NCBI GenBank assembly: GCA_034666985.1
Contig: JAXDKS010000063.1
Location: 105,226 to 169,225 of the forward strand
Source: Acidobacteriota bacterium
Lineage (GTDB): Bacteria > Acidobacteriota > Thermoanaerobaculia > Multivoradales > UBA5704
Direction of reading: 5' to 3'
DNA length: 64,000 nucleotides
Numbering within the stretch: position 1 is the stretch's first letter; each line of letters opens with the position of its first letter. Under the pieces are notes generated by a model. It ran no database searches. It was not told the DNA's origin and saw only the letters and a program-made list of their open reading frames with translations. Both the position numbers and the translations under genes were made by a program. Shown piece by piece: positions 6,902 through 16,937 of the stretch.

Positions 6902-9457
6902 ATGACCTCCGCACCCCCCAGGACCTCGCGCAAAACGTGGCTGGTGCTCGCCGCCATCCTCCTCGGGATCGCGGCCGCCGGGGCTTGGTGGGCCCGCGGG
7001 CACAAGGACACGGTGCGGGCTGCCCTGCGCGCCGTCGATCCCAGCACCGACGCCCGCCCGGCGACGCCCGCGGGGCCGGAGGTCTCCTCCCCCGAGTACG
7101 CCCGCCTGGGCGACGGCTTCCTGGTCTGGGAATCGAACCGCACGGGACCCTGGCGCATCTGGACGCGCCGGCTCGACGGCTCGGGCCTGCGCCAGTTGTC
7201 GCCCGACGAGAGCGGGCACGAGCACTGCTGCGCCCACATCTCCCCCGACGGCCAGCAAGTGGCCTATTTGAGCCTCAGCAACTTCAAGTACGGCGCCGAC
7301 CCTGAGGAGGGGAAGCTCCACCTGATCAAGCCCGACGGCAAGGGGGACCGCGTCGTGGCCGAGCGGGCGCAGACCTACAGCCGCGGCCACCGCGCCGCCA
7401 TCTGGCACGGCGACCAGCTCCTGCAATTCGTGGACGGCGACGGCAACGCCATCCTCCTCGACTTGGCGAAGGGCAAGACGGAGACGCTGGCCGGCCCCAG
7501 CAGCGAGGGCAAGGGCTGGCTGGTGAACCGCACGCGGACCCACGCCACCACGGGGCTGCCGACGTTCTCGCTGTTCGACGCCGCGCGCCACGCCGTCACC
7601 GAGCGCACCCCCTACGGCGGTTGCGAGCCCTACTTCTCCGACGACGGCCGCTGGGGGATCTGGATGGCGGGAGCCGGCGGACCGCTGCGCGCCTTCGACC
7701 TCGCCACGCGCACCACCCGGACGCTGTTCGAGAAGAACGATCCGCGGCTCGGCGAGCAGGCCTACCTCTACTTCCCCATGCTGTCCAACGGCTCGGCCCT
7801 CGTCGCCTTCGGAGCGTCGGCCAACGAGCACGACCACGAGAAGGGGAACTACGACGTGTTCGTGGCCGAGGTCGATCCCAACACCATGGAGGTCCTCGGC
7901 CAGCCCCTGAAGTACACCTCCGCGCCGACCCCGGACCGCTATCCGGACGTGCACGTGGAACCGCTGCCGCTCGGCCGGATGTTCGGCGAGGCCCCGTTCC
8001 ACGTCCGTCTCCAGGATCCGAAGCTCGGCCCCGGCGCCGTCTGGGACTTCGGCGACGGCACCCCGGCCTCGGCGGCCCGCGGGGAGCACACCTACGAGCG
8101 GCCGGGGAGCTTCTCCATCTCGGCGCGCACCGCCGACGGTAGCCCCCTGCGCGGCCGGGTGACCGTGCTCCCCGCCCAGCCGCCCCACGCCCTGCGGGCC
8201 GAGTTGCGCCAGGGACGCGAGATCTTCGTCTCCTTCGACGAGCCGGTCGCCGCCGCCCCGGGCGGGGTGAAGGCCCGTCTGGCCTCGGGGCGGGCGATCG
8301 CCGGAACCGCCATCGGCGCCGACGGCCGCAGCCTGATCGCCTCCCTCGCCGAGGACCTCACGACCGGGGACCACCTGCACCTCGAAGGGATCGCCGACCG
8401 CGCGCAACGGCCGAACGTCCTCGCGCCGGTCGACCTGGAGATCCCGCCTCCCAGTTGGCCGATGGATCGGAGGAGCCTCATCCTGCTCTGGGAGACGGCC
8501 GACCAGCCCAACCTCGTCCCCGATCCGGCGCAGGCCGCGGACCGCACCTACGCCGTGACGCCCCACGGCCGCGCGCGCCTGAACCACGATCACGCCATGC
8601 TGCTGGTGGGCGATGGTGCCTTCCAGGCTGAGGGGGAGGCGGGCAAGAGCCTCGTCGAGCTGGCCGAGAAGAGCAACGAGATCACGCTGGAGCTGACGCT
8701 CACTCCGGCCGAGGCGACGCCCGCGACCTCGGGAGTCCTCCTCTCCTTCGGCCGCTATAAGGGAGGACCTCTCCTCCAGCTCGAGCAGCAGGGGGACGCC
8801 CTGGTCTGGCGCCTGCTGCACAACAAGTCGCTGGACCCGCCGGCCCGTTTCGGCAAGCTCGTGCCGGGTCAACCCGTGCACGTGGTCGCCGGCTACAGCC
8901 CGGGCCGTCAGGTGGTCTACGTGAACGGCGTCAAGGTGCTGGACGGCGACGCCTGGCAGGGGGATTTCTACTTCTGGAAGCCGGGCGCCCTCTCCATCGG
9001 CGCAGGTCACGAAGGCGAGCGCCCCTGGAAGGGCGTGATCGAGGGGCTCGCCCTCTACGATCGTCTCCTCGGCCCGGACGAGGCCGCGGAGAACGCCCGC
9101 CGCTACGCCACGGAGCGGGCTCGCCGGGCGGCCGTGCCCCAGACTCGCGTGCTCGCCACCCTCCAGCGCTGCTCGCGCATCCCCTCGCTCGACGAGATCG
9201 CCCCCTACCGCCAGGCCCTCGCCGTCTGCGAATACCGGGTGGACCGCGTGCTGGCCGGCACCCTCGCAAGCCCGACCGTCCGCGTCGCCCGCTGGGTGAT
9301 CCTCGACGGGGCGACGCTGAATCCTGCCCAGGGCTCCTCGGTGCCGCTGGCCCTCGAGCCGTTCAGCGCCAACGGGCAGCTCGAGAGCATCTACCTCTCG
9401 AACGACCTCCGCGGCAGCTCCACCTCACCGCTCTTCTACGACCCCACGAGCGGGTGA
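6902..9457 (+). CDS. Large membrane-anchored periplasmic protein: TolB-like beta-propeller (PD40 repeats), PKD domain, LamG/ConA-like domain
   Basis: N-terminal TM, then WESNRTGPWRIWTRRLDGSG / ISPDGQQVAYLS PD40-like repeats. PKD-like VWDFGDGTPASAARGEHTYERPGSFSIS. C-terminal LamG-like block (...YVNGVKVLDGDAWQGDFYFWKPGALSIGAG...LALYDRLL). Confidence 0.65.
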   Translation: MTSAPPRTSRKTWLVLAAILLGIAAAGAWWARGHKDTVRAALRAVDPSTDARPATPAGPEVSSPEYARLGDGFLVWESNRTGPWRIWTRRLDGSGLRQLSPDESGHEHCCAHISPDGQQVAYLSLSNFKYGADPEEGKLHLIKPDGKGDRVVAERAQTYSRGHRAAIWHGDQLLQFVDGDGNAILLDLAKGKTETLAGPSSEGKGWLVNRTRTHATTGLPTFSLFDAARHAVTERTPYGGCEPYFSDDGRWGIWMAGAGGPLRAFDLATRTTRTLFEKNDPRLGEQAYLYFPMLSNGSALVAFGASANEHDHEKGNYDVFVAEVDPNTMEVLGQPLKYTSAPTPDRYPDVHVEPLPLGRMFGEAPFHVRLQDPKLGPGAVWDFGDGTPASAARGEHTYERPGSFSISARTADGSPLRGRVTVLPAQPPHALRAELRQGREIFVSFDEPVAAAPGGVKARLASGRAIAGTAIGADGRSLIASLAEDLTTGDHLHLEGIADRAQRPNVLAPVDLEIPPPSWPMDRRSLILLWETADQPNLVPDPAQAADRTYAVTPHGRARLNHDHAMLLVGDGAFQAEGEAGKSLVELAEKSNEITLELTLTPAEATPATSGVLLSFGRYKGGPLLQLEQQGDALVWRLLHNKSLDPPARFGKLVPGQPVHVVAGYSPGRQVVYVNGVKVLDGDAWQGDFYFWKPGALSIGAGHEGERPWKGVIEGLALYDRLLGPDEAAENARRYATERARRAAVPQTRVLATLQRCSRIPSLDEIAPYRQALAVCEYRVDRVLAGTLASPTVRVARWVILDGATLNPAQGSSVPLALEPFSANGQLESIYLSNDLRGSSTSPLFYDPTSG

Positions 9458-9466
9458 GCCCGGCCC

Positions 9467-10924
9467 GTGGTCTTCAGCTCCCACCTCTTCGTCTACTACT
9501 TCCTGCCGCTCGCCCTGGCCGCCTACTACCTGGCGCCGCGGCGGGGGAAGAACCTTGTCCTCACCCTGTTCAGCTTCGTCTTCTACGGCTGGGCGAACGT
9601 GGCCTTCATCCCGCTGCTGATCACCTCGACGCTCATCGACTACTTCTGCGGCCTGGGCCTGACGGGCGGCTTCCGTCCGCCCTGGCGCGGCGAGCTCCCG
9701 CTGCTGGAGCCGGGCGGGCCGCGCAGCCGATCGCAGAAGGCTATCCTGGCCGTCTCCATCACCGCCAACCTCCTGCTGCTCGGCTTCTTCAAATACTTCA
9801 ACTTTTCGGTGGACAGCTACAACGCCGTGGTCGAGACCTTGGGCTTCACCGGCGCGCGGCTCGATTCGGTGATGCGGGTGGTGCTGCCGCTCGGCATCAG
9901 CTTCTACACCTTCAAGAGCATGAGCTACGCCATCGACGTCTATCGCGGCGAAGCGCGCGCCATGCGCCACCTCGTCGACTTCTTCTGTTTCGAGTCGATG
10001 TTCCCGGACCTCGTGGCGGGACCGATCATCCGCTTTTCGGAGATCGCGGACCAGCTCGTGAACCGCACGATCACCAGCGAGAAATTCGCGCGCGGCGTCG
10101 CCTTCTTCTGCCTTGGGATGGCGAAGAAGGTGCTGCTCGCCAACCCCTGCGGCAGGATCGCCGACACCACCTTCGGCGCCGGCGCCCTCGGCGCGCTCGA
10201 CGCCTGGCAGGGCCTGTTCGCCTATGCCTTCCAGATCTATTTCGACTTCAGCGGCTACTCCGACATGGCGATCGGTCTCGCCCTGATGCTCGGCTTCATG
10301 TTCCCCAAGAACTTCGACTCGCCCTACAAGGCCGTATCGATCACCGACTTCTGGCGCCGCTGGCATCTGTCACTCTCGACCTGGCTGCGCGACTACCTTT
10401 ACATTCCACTGGGCGGCAACCGCAAGGGCGAGGGGCGCACCTATGTCAACCTCTTCCTCGTCATGCTGATCGGCGGCCTCTGGCATGGGGCGGCGTGGAC
10501 GTTCGTGATCTGGGGAGCCATCCACGGCGGCTGGCTGGCACTCGAACGGGCGCTCGGCAAGGACAGTTGGTACCGCCGGCTGCCGCACGTGGGTCGCGTG
10601 GCGCTGACCTTCTTCATCGTCCTCATCGCCTGGGTCTTCTTCCGGGCGCCGGACCTGGGGAGCGCCCTGCACTACCTGGGGAGCCTCGCCGGCCTGGGGG
10701 GGACCATGCCCGGGGCGGCCCTGATCGGTGGGCTGATCCGCCGCCCCTACGACCTGCTCAACCTCGCGCTGGCGGCGGTGATCGTCTGGGGCGCCCCGCA
10801 GACCTGGGACTGGACCCGCAGGCTGACTTGGCCCAAGGGCCTGATCTGTCTCGCCCTGCTCGGCCTGGCGCTGGCCGCCATGGCGACGCAAGGCTACAAC
10901 CCGTTCATCTACTTCATCTTCTGA
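9467..10924 (+). CDS. MBOAT-family membrane-bound O-acyltransferase (AlgI/PatA/DltB-like)
   Basis: Multi-TM protein carrying the conserved MBOAT block WRRWHLSLSTWLRDYLYIPLGGNRKG...GGLWHGAAW with the catalytic His. GTG start at 9467. Confidence 0.9.
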   Translation: MVFSSHLFVYYFLPLALAAYYLAPRRGKNLVLTLFSFVFYGWANVAFIPLLITSTLIDYFCGLGLTGGFRPPWRGELPLLEPGGPRSRSQKAILAVSITANLLLLGFFKYFNFSVDSYNAVVETLGFTGARLDSVMRVVLPLGISFYTFKSMSYAIDVYRGEARAMRHLVDFFCFESMFPDLVAGPIIRFSEIADQLVNRTITSEKFARGVAFFCLGMAKKVLLANPCGRIADTTFGAGALGALDAWQGLFAYAFQIYFDFSGYSDMAIGLALMLGFMFPKNFDSPYKAVSITDFWRRWHLSLSTWLRDYLYIPLGGNRKGEGRTYVNLFLVMLIGGLWHGAAWTFVIWGAIHGGWLALERALGKDSWYRRLPHVGRVALTFFIVLIAWVFFRAPDLGSALHYLGSLAGLGGTMPGAALIGGLIRRPYDLLNLALAAVIVWGAPQTWDWTRRLTWPKGLICLALLGLALAAMATQGYNPFIYFIF

Positions 10925-10933
10925 GGCGGACCT

Positions 10934-12226
10934 GTGAATTCCATCCCCGAGCCTGAACGCGAGCGGATCGCCAAGATCGAGATCGGCCACACCGACGTCT
11001 CGAAGGCGCTGGCGTGGGTTCTCGTCCTCCTCTTCCTGGCGGTGATCGCCACGGTGCCGATCATCGACCTCGTCACGGGGAGGGCCCGGCAGACGGGCGT
11101 CACCCCGGGCTCGCTCGCCGCCGTGGGGCCCGTCATCCGTCAGGACGGCTGGATCGCCGGCGCCTACGCCCTCCTGCGCCAGATGCACCAGCTCGAAGAC
11201 GGCCTCGAACGGAAATCCTGGCTTGGCGCCGCCCTGCTGCCGCGGACGCAGCGCGTGCTGACCGCTTTCGGCGTCGGCAACGAGAAGGTCTACCTCGGGC
11301 GGGACCGCTGGCTCTACTACACGCCGGACGTGCAGTACGTGACCGGCTTCCCCTTCCTGGATCGCAACGTCCTCGAACGCCGGCGGCTCGGCGGCCAGGC
11401 CTGGGAGGAGGCGCCCCACCCCGACCCGCTCCCTGCCCTGGTCGATTTCCAGCGCCAGCTCGCCCGGCGCGGCATCGCCCTGCTCCTGGTGCCCACGCCG
11501 CTCAAGCCGATGATCGATCCCGAGCCGCTCGCGGGCGCCCGCCCCGCGACGCTCCCTCTGGAGAACCCCTCCTGGCCCGACTTCGTCCGCCGGCTCGACG
11601 CCGCCGGCCTCGCGCTCTTCGACCCCGCCCCCCTGCTCGCACAGGAGAAGGCCGCGCACGGCGGCCAGCCGCAATATCTCCGCACAGACACCCACTGGAC
11701 CCCGCAGGCGATGGACTTGGTGGCGACTCGCCTCGCCGAGCGCATCCAGGCCCTCGTTCCTCTCGATCCTCCCACCGGAACCGGCTTCTTCCGTCAGGCG
11801 CAGACCGTCTCGAACACGGGCGACCTCGCGGTCCTCCTCACCCTGCCGCCGGCCCATCCGCTCAAGGAGCCGGAGCGGGTGACGATCCAGCGCGTGGTGA
11901 CGGCCGAAGGCCGCTCCTGGAAGCCCGATCCCCAGGCCGCCGTCCTCCTCCTGGGCGACAGCTTCACCAACATCTACTCGCAGAGCGACCTCGGCTGGGG
12001 CACCGGCGCCGGCCTCGCCGAGCAGCTCGCCTACCATCTCGGCCGCCCGGTCGACCGCATCGCCCTGAACAGCGGCGGCGCCCTCAACACCCGCCAGCGC
12101 CTCGCCCAGGATCTCGCCACCGGCAACGACCGCCTCGCCGGCAAGAAGGTCGTCGTCTACCAGTTCGCCATGCGCGAGCTGGCGATCGGGGATTGGCGGG
12201 TGATCGGGCTGGGGGGCGGGCGGTAA
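10934..12226 (+). CDS. AlgJ/AlgX/PatB-like SGNH-fold O-acetyltransferase partner of the MBOAT
   Basis: N-terminal TM anchor and C-terminal LLLGDSFTNIY...LNSGGALNT block typical of AlgJ-family proteins. The position immediately 3' of the MBOAT gene supports the call. Confidence 0.65.
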   Translation: MNSIPEPERERIAKIEIGHTDVSKALAWVLVLLFLAVIATVPIIDLVTGRARQTGVTPGSLAAVGPVIRQDGWIAGAYALLRQMHQLEDGLERKSWLGAALLPRTQRVLTAFGVGNEKVYLGRDRWLYYTPDVQYVTGFPFLDRNVLERRRLGGQAWEEAPHPDPLPALVDFQRQLARRGIALLLVPTPLKPMIDPEPLAGARPATLPLENPSWPDFVRRLDAAGLALFDPAPLLAQEKAAHGGQPQYLRTDTHWTPQAMDLVATRLAERIQALVPLDPPTGTGFFRQAQTVSNTGDLAVLLTLPPAHPLKEPERVTIQRVVTAEGRSWKPDPQAAVLLLGDSFTNIYSQSDLGWGTGAGLAEQLAYHLGRPVDRIALNSGGALNTRQRLAQDLATGNDRLAGKKVVVYQFAMRELAIGDWRVIGLGGGR

Positions 12227-12277
12227 AGCCCTCTGACAGATTAGAACTAGTCAAGAAAAAACCCGTATATTAGGAGC

Positions 12278-15200
12278 ATGCCTCCCAAACTGCTGTCTGT
12301 CCGAGGTCGTGGCCTCGTCGGGTTTGCGGTTCCCATCCTATCCCTTCTCCTCGCCCGGCCGATGCAGGCCGAGGCTCCAAAGTCGGAGGAGACCCTGCCG
12401 CTTGGAGAGGCCCGCGAGCGTCCGATCACAGTAGGCGAGGCCCACGCCTGGCGGGTCACGGTGGAGCCGGGCACGAACCTCCTGGTGACGGTCGACCAGC
12501 ACAGCATCGACCTGGTACTGGAAGCCCGGGGGGAGGGCCGGGAGCCGATCGCCGTCCATGCGGGTGATCGCTGGGGGCTGGAAGTCCTGCTCCTCGAGAC
12601 CGCGGGCGAGGTTCGGATTGAGGTCCGGCCCCGGCAGAAATCGGCATGGCCAGGGCGCTATACGATCCGAACCGAGGCCTTGTCGACGGGAGAAAGCGCC
12701 AGGCGTGATGCCCTGGCCTTGCTGAGCCGGGCCGGCCAGGAGGCCCTGCCGGACACCCCCGACTCCAACCGGCAAGCCCTGGCCACCTACCGCGAGGCTC
12801 TGGCGGCCTGGCGCTCGCTCGGCGATCGCGCCTGGGAGGCCGAGGCTCTCGCCTGTCTCGCCATCCTGGAGGCGAATTCGGGCGAGCTCCGGCGAGCGGA
12901 TGAGGACTTCCTGGCGGCGCTCGGGCTATGGCGAGAGTTGGGACAGCCTCACCGCGAGGCCGAAGCCTTGAATTGGCTCGGTGGCGTCATCTACCCGAAG
13001 ACTCAGACCATCGAAAGGTCGCGCGAAGCCCTGGAGGGCGCCCGCGCCCTCTGGCACCGCCTCGGGGAGAGCTCCGACGAAGCGGAGACCCGCAGCAGTC
13101 TCTGCTTCCTCGAACAGACCCGCGGGTCGCTGCAGGCGGCGCTCGCCTGCCATGAGGAGGTCCTCGCGATCTTCAGGGCGCTCGGCGACCAGGAAAACGA
13201 GGCCCGGGTCCTCAATAACCTCGGCGGCACCTACAACCTCCTGGGTGAGCCGGACGCCGCGCTCGCTTCCCTCGAGAAGGCCCTGGCCTTGCGGCATGCC
13301 CTCGACGACCGCCAGGACGAGGTGGGGACCCTGATCAACATCGCGGCCCTCCATCGCTCCCTGGGCGAGTGGCAGGAGGCCCTGCGCTTCTACGACCAGG
13401 CCCGGGAGATGCTGAAAACCCTTGGCGACCGCCGCCTGGAAGCCACGATGCTCAACAATATGGGCTTCACCTACCTCAACCTGGGGGAGCCCGAACGGGC
13501 CCTGCCCTACCTGGAGGATGCCCTGGAGCGGCGCCGAGGGGTGGGCGACCGCTCGGGAGAAGTCACCACCCTGAACAATCTCGGCATGGCTTGGCGCAAG
13601 CTCGGCGATCTGAAGAAGGCGCTCGATCAGCACCGCCAGGCCTTAGATCTGGCCGTCGCTCTGAAAGACGTCGGGCAGCAGGCGACCAGCCGGCTGCGTC
13701 TCGCCGAGGCCCATCTGGATGAGGGCGATGCCGCCGCGGCGCTCCACGATCTCGATGCCGCCCTTGCGCTGCTGCGGGAGAAGGGCAACCGCCTCACGGA
13801 GACGGAGGTCCTTCACCAACGGGGGCGGGCGCTGACCCTGGCGGGCCGGGAGCGGGAGGCCCTCCCCGTGCTGCAGGAGGTCCTGGCTCGGCGGCAAGCC
13901 GTGCGCGATCGGGCCGGCGAGGCCGAGACGCTCTATGCGCTGGCCGTGGCGGAGCGGTCTCTGGGCCTCGCCGCGGAGGCGCGCGCCCATGTCGAGGCGG
14001 CCGTCGTCCAGGTGGAGGATCTGCGGCTCGGCATCGCCAGCCCGGACCTGCGGGCCTCTTTCCTGGCCACCCGGCGGCGGGCCTTTTCGCTCCTGATCGA
14101 CCTCCTGATGGACCGGCATGCCGCCGAGCCCGACCGCGGCCACGACCGCGAAGCCTTCTCCATCAGCGAGCGGGCCCGCGCGCGCAGCCTGCTCGACGCC
14201 CTGCGGGGCACGAGCCTGGGCCACCCGGGCAGCGGCGTGCCGGCCGAGCTCCTGAGCCGGCGGCGCATCCTCCTCCGGCGCCAGAGCGACAAGATCGATG
14301 AGCGATGGAAACAGAGCGGCGAAAAAGGGCAGGCCCTGGAGAAGGAGATCGATGCGATCGTCGCCGCGCTTGAGGCGGTGGAAGCGGAGATCCATCGAAA
14401 CGACCAGCACTTTGCCGCCGTGAGCGCGCCGCAACCCGTCGGCCCAGCGGAGATCTCCGGCTGGCTCGAGCCCGGCACGATGCTCCTGGAGTACTCCCTG
14501 GGCGAAGACCGCAGCTTTCTGTGGACGGTCGAGGCCGGCCAGATCCGCTCCTTCGTCCTTCGTGGTCAGAAGGAGATCGAGGACCTGACGCGCCGGGTCT
14601 ACGAGGAGCTGAGCACGGTGGAGTCCGGGAAGGTGCGCCCGGGAGAAGCGGCGGCGGCCCTGAGCCGGATCCTGCTCGGTCCCATCTGGAATGACCGGAG
14701 CGACGCGGCGCGGCTCCGCCGGCTGGTCGTGGTGCCTGACGGAGCGCTCGGCATTCTCCCATTTGCCGCCCTGCCGGTCCCCGATCCCGGCCGGAGCTGG
14801 CAGACTCCGGGGACCCTCCAGCCTCTTCTGGAGCGTCTGGAGGTGGTCTATATCCCCTCGGCCACCACCCTCGCCGTACAGCGGCAACGGCTGGAACGGC
14901 GCACACCGGCTCCCAAACGGGCAGCGGTTCTCGCCGATCCGGTGTTTGCCGCGGACGATCCGCGCCTGGCCCACCGGTCCGCTGCAAGCCCGCCGAAGCT
15001 GGGAAAGAAGGTGGAGACGAAATCTCTTCTCCGCGGTGGCGGAGCGTCCTTCGAGCCCCTGCCTGCGACCCGCCGGGAGGCGGAAGCCGTCGCCGGCCTG
15101 GCCCCCACCGGCGAAGTGTGGCTCAGGCTCGGCCTGGACGCCAGCCGCGAGGCCGTGCTCTCCGGGGCTCTCCGCGACTACCGCATCCTGCACTTCGCGA

Positions 15201-15628
15201 CGCACGCCGTCGCCGACATGCAGAACCCGGAGCTCTCCGGCCTGATGCTTTCGCAGGTGGACGCCGAGGGCCACCCCCAGGAGGGCTTCCTCGGCCTGTC
15301 GGACATCTACGAGCTCGACCTCGACGCCGACCTGGTGGTCCTCTCCGGCTGCCGGACCGCGATGGGCAAGGAGGTCCGTGGCGAGGGACTCATGGGATTG
15401 ACCCGCGGGTTCCAGTACGCTGGCGTGCCGCGGGTGGTGGCAAGCCTGTGGCGGGTGCAGGACCGGGCCACCGCGGAGCTGATGACCCGCTTCTACCGGG
15501 CGATGTGGCGCGACCACCTGGCCCCCGCGGCGGCCCTGCGCGCGGCTCAGAAGTCGCTCCGCCGCGAGCCCCGCTACCGCGATCCCTACTCCTGGGCCGG
15601 CTTCGTCCTCCAGGGCGACTGGCATTGA
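12278..15628 (+). CDS. Secreted TPR-repeat protein with C-terminal CHAT (caspase-like) domain
   Basis: Signal peptide, then more than 10 TPR-like repeats (ALNNLG.., ALxxxxxALxLxRxLGD). C-terminal CHAT block ILHFATHAVAD...LVVLSGCRTAMG carrying the His/Cys dyad. RBS TAGGAG precedes ATG 12278. Confidence 0.85.
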   Translation: MPPKLLSVRGRGLVGFAVPILSLLLARPMQAEAPKSEETLPLGEARERPITVGEAHAWRVTVEPGTNLLVTVDQHSIDLVLEARGEGREPIAVHAGDRWGLEVLLLETAGEVRIEVRPRQKSAWPGRYTIRTEALSTGESARRDALALLSRAGQEALPDTPDSNRQALATYREALAAWRSLGDRAWEAEALACLAILEANSGELRRADEDFLAALGLWRELGQPHREAEALNWLGGVIYPKTQTIERSREALEGARALWHRLGESSDEAETRSSLCFLEQTRGSLQAALACHEEVLAIFRALGDQENEARVLNNLGGTYNLLGEPDAALASLEKALALRHALDDRQDEVGTLINIAALHRSLGEWQEALRFYDQAREMLKTLGDRRLEATMLNNMGFTYLNLGEPERALPYLEDALERRRGVGDRSGEVTTLNNLGMAWRKLGDLKKALDQHRQALDLAVALKDVGQQATSRLRLAEAHLDEGDAAAALHDLDAALALLREKGNRLTETEVLHQRGRALTLAGREREALPVLQEVLARRQAVRDRAGEAETLYALAVAERSLGLAAEARAHVEAAVVQVEDLRLGIASPDLRASFLATRRRAFSLLIDLLMDRHAAEPDRGHDREAFSISERARARSLLDALRGTSLGHPGSGVPAELLSRRRILLRRQSDKIDERWKQSGEKGQALEKEIDAIVAALEAVEAEIHRNDQHFAAVSAPQPVGPAEISGWLEPGTMLLEYSLGEDRSFLWTVEAGQIRSFVLRGQKEIEDLTRRVYEELSTVESGKVRPGEAAAALSRILLGPIWNDRSDAARLRRLVVVPDGALGILPFAALPVPDPGRSWQTPGTLQPLLERLEVVYIPSATTLAVQRQRLERRTPAPKRAAVLADPVFAADDPRLAHRSAASPPKLGKKVETKSLLRGGGASFEPLPATRREAEAVAGLAPTGEVWLRLGLDASREAVLSGALRDYRILHFATHAVADMQNPELSGLMLSQVDAEGHPQEGFLGLSDIYELDLDADLVVLSGCRTAMGKEVRGEGLMGLTRGFQYAGVPRVVASLWRVQDRATAELMTRFYRAMWRDHLAPAAALRAAQKSLRREPRYRDPYSWAGFVLQGDWH

Positions 15629-15647
15629 AAGGACGTTGAAACTTCGG

Positions 15648-15677
15648 GTGAGACAACCGGCAGCCTCGCGACAGTCT
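15648..15677 (+). promoter_or_regulatory. Copy 1 of a bipartite promoter-like motif GTGAGAYA-N12-GCGACAGTCT (putative ECF sigma promoter; likely autoregulatory)
   Basis: Identical architecture and spacing to the sites at 17771-17800 and 20909-20938. Lies 53 nt upstream of the ATG of the first gene of the sigma operon. Confidence 0.55.
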
Positions 15678-15729
15678 TAGGGATGAACTGACATGGGCTC
15701 TCGAAGAGCCCGTTTGAAAGGAGTCCGAA

Positions 15730-16170
15730 ATGGCCAGATCCATAGTGACAGATGCCCCGAGAGTCATCCTTCAAAACCCGCCTTGGATGAGCCGGCCTTG
15801 GCGCATTCGATCCTCCTCCGATCCCCTCCTGGGAGTGGCGCCGCACCCGGACATTCTGCTGTTCACCACGGCAGGAAAGATCACAGTCCTGAAGAACGGC
15901 GACACGCAGACGCAGAAGGACTGGGCCAAGTCGTGCCAGCTCACGGCCGGCGGGGGGCTCTCAGGTCTCACGTCGGACAACAAGCCCTTCCTCATCCAGT
16001 ATAACTCCAGCACCAAGCATCTGACCTGTCATATCCCCCCCCTGGAGGTAGGAACCTCAGCCAAAATGCCCGGCCCGGGCGCTACCTGGGTCGCGGAGGA
16101 AGGGGGTTCCGGCGGCCCGGGTTCCGGCGGCCCGCCGCTGCCCAAAAATCCTGGCCCGTCCCGAGACTGA
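15730..16170 (+). CDS. Hypothetical small protein, probably first gene of the ECF sigma operon
   Basis: RBS AAAGGAG lies 8 nt before ATG 15730, and the promoter-like motif sits just upstream. No recognisable domain; Gly/Pro-rich tail. Confidence 0.5.
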   Translation: MARSIVTDAPRVILQNPPWMSRPWRIRSSSDPLLGVAPHPDILLFTTAGKITVLKNGDTQTQKDWAKSCQLTAGGGLSGLTSDNKPFLIQYNSSTKHLTCHIPPLEVGTSAKMPGPGATWVAEEGGSGGPGSGGPPLPKNPGPSRD

Positions 16171-16309
16171 GCCGTCTCAGGAGACGCCCTCCGTGCGCGC
16201 CACGTTGGCATCCAGCCCCGATCCCCGAGATATGATGTTCGTCGTTCTCGGAAGATCTGGAGCATGGCCGGCCGGGCCGGTTCGCCCGGGTGGAGGCACG
16301 CTGGGCGTC

Positions 16310-16912
16310 ATGAGCACCGATGTGGGACCAGAGCCGGACGAGGCGGCGGTCGCTGCCGACCTCGTCCGGCGGATCGCGGCGGGAGATGCGACCGCCGAAG
16401 GGCAGCTCGTCGAACGCTACCGTCGGGGCCTCCTCTATCTGCTGCGCCGCCTCGGGGCCCTGCCGGACCTCGCCGACGACCTCCAGCAGGAGACCTTCCG
16501 GATCGTGATCGAACGGCTGCGCCAGGAGGGTCTCGCGGACCCGGCCGGCCTCGCGCCCTTCCTCCGCGGCACGGCCCGCAACCTTCTCATCGCCGAAAGG
16601 CGCAAGGCGGCGCGCCGGCGGACCTGGGGCGACACGGGCGAGCTGGCCGAGGCCGTGGCGCCCGCGCCGAGCCAGCTCCAGTCCGTGCTGCTGGACGAGG
16701 AGGCCGAGATCGTGCGAAAACTGATCGGCGAGCTCCCCACCGACCGCGACCGGCAGCTCCTGCTACGCTTCTACGTCGGCGAGGAGGACAAGGAGAGCAT
16801 CTGCACTGATCTCGGGCTCGACAGTCTTCACTTCAACCGCGTCCTCTTCCGGGCCCGCCAGCGCTTCAAAGAGCTCCTGGAACGCTTCGAGAAACGGCAG
16901 GCCCGGGCCTAG
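16310..16912 (+). CDS. ECF (group 4) sigma-70 family sigma factor
   Basis: Region 2 (LVERYRRGLLYLLRR...DLQQETFRIVIERL) and region 4 HTH (ELPTDRDRQLLLRFYVGEEDKESICTDLGLDSLHFNRVLFRARQRFKELL). ATG at 16310; GTG 16193 would add an atypical 39-aa extension. Confidence 0.85.
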   Translation: MSTDVGPEPDEAAVAADLVRRIAAGDATAEGQLVERYRRGLLYLLRRLGALPDLADDLQQETFRIVIERLRQEGLADPAGLAPFLRGTARNLLIAERRKAARRRTWGDTGELAEAVAPAPSQLQSVLLDEEAEIVRKLIGELPTDRDRQLLLRFYVGEEDKESICTDLGLDSLHFNRVLFRARQRFKELLERFEKRQARA

Positions 16913-16937
16913 TGAAGGCCCGAAGGAAGGACAACGG

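Noticed and set aside
5666-9010. Very long minus-strand ORF (1114 aa), plus similar giants at 23582..28525 (+), 24774..27257 (-), 17997..20741 (-), 35800..37842 (+), 36161..37378 (-), 47698..49419 (+), 52690..54348 (-), 29346..31517 (-), 29375..32002 (+), 9425..10366 (-), 10370..12037 (-) and 13643..15625 (-)
   Set aside because: Their translations are dominated by Arg/Gly/Pro/Ala/Asp runs with no domain signatures. They lie antisense or out of frame to genes with clear family motifs. Stop-poor alternative frames are expected at about 70% GC.
16193-16309. Longer ECF sigma model starting at GTG 16193
   Set aside because: It would add a 39-aa Gly/Pro-rich extension atypical for ECF sigmas. ATG 16310 gives a standard roughly 200-aa protein.
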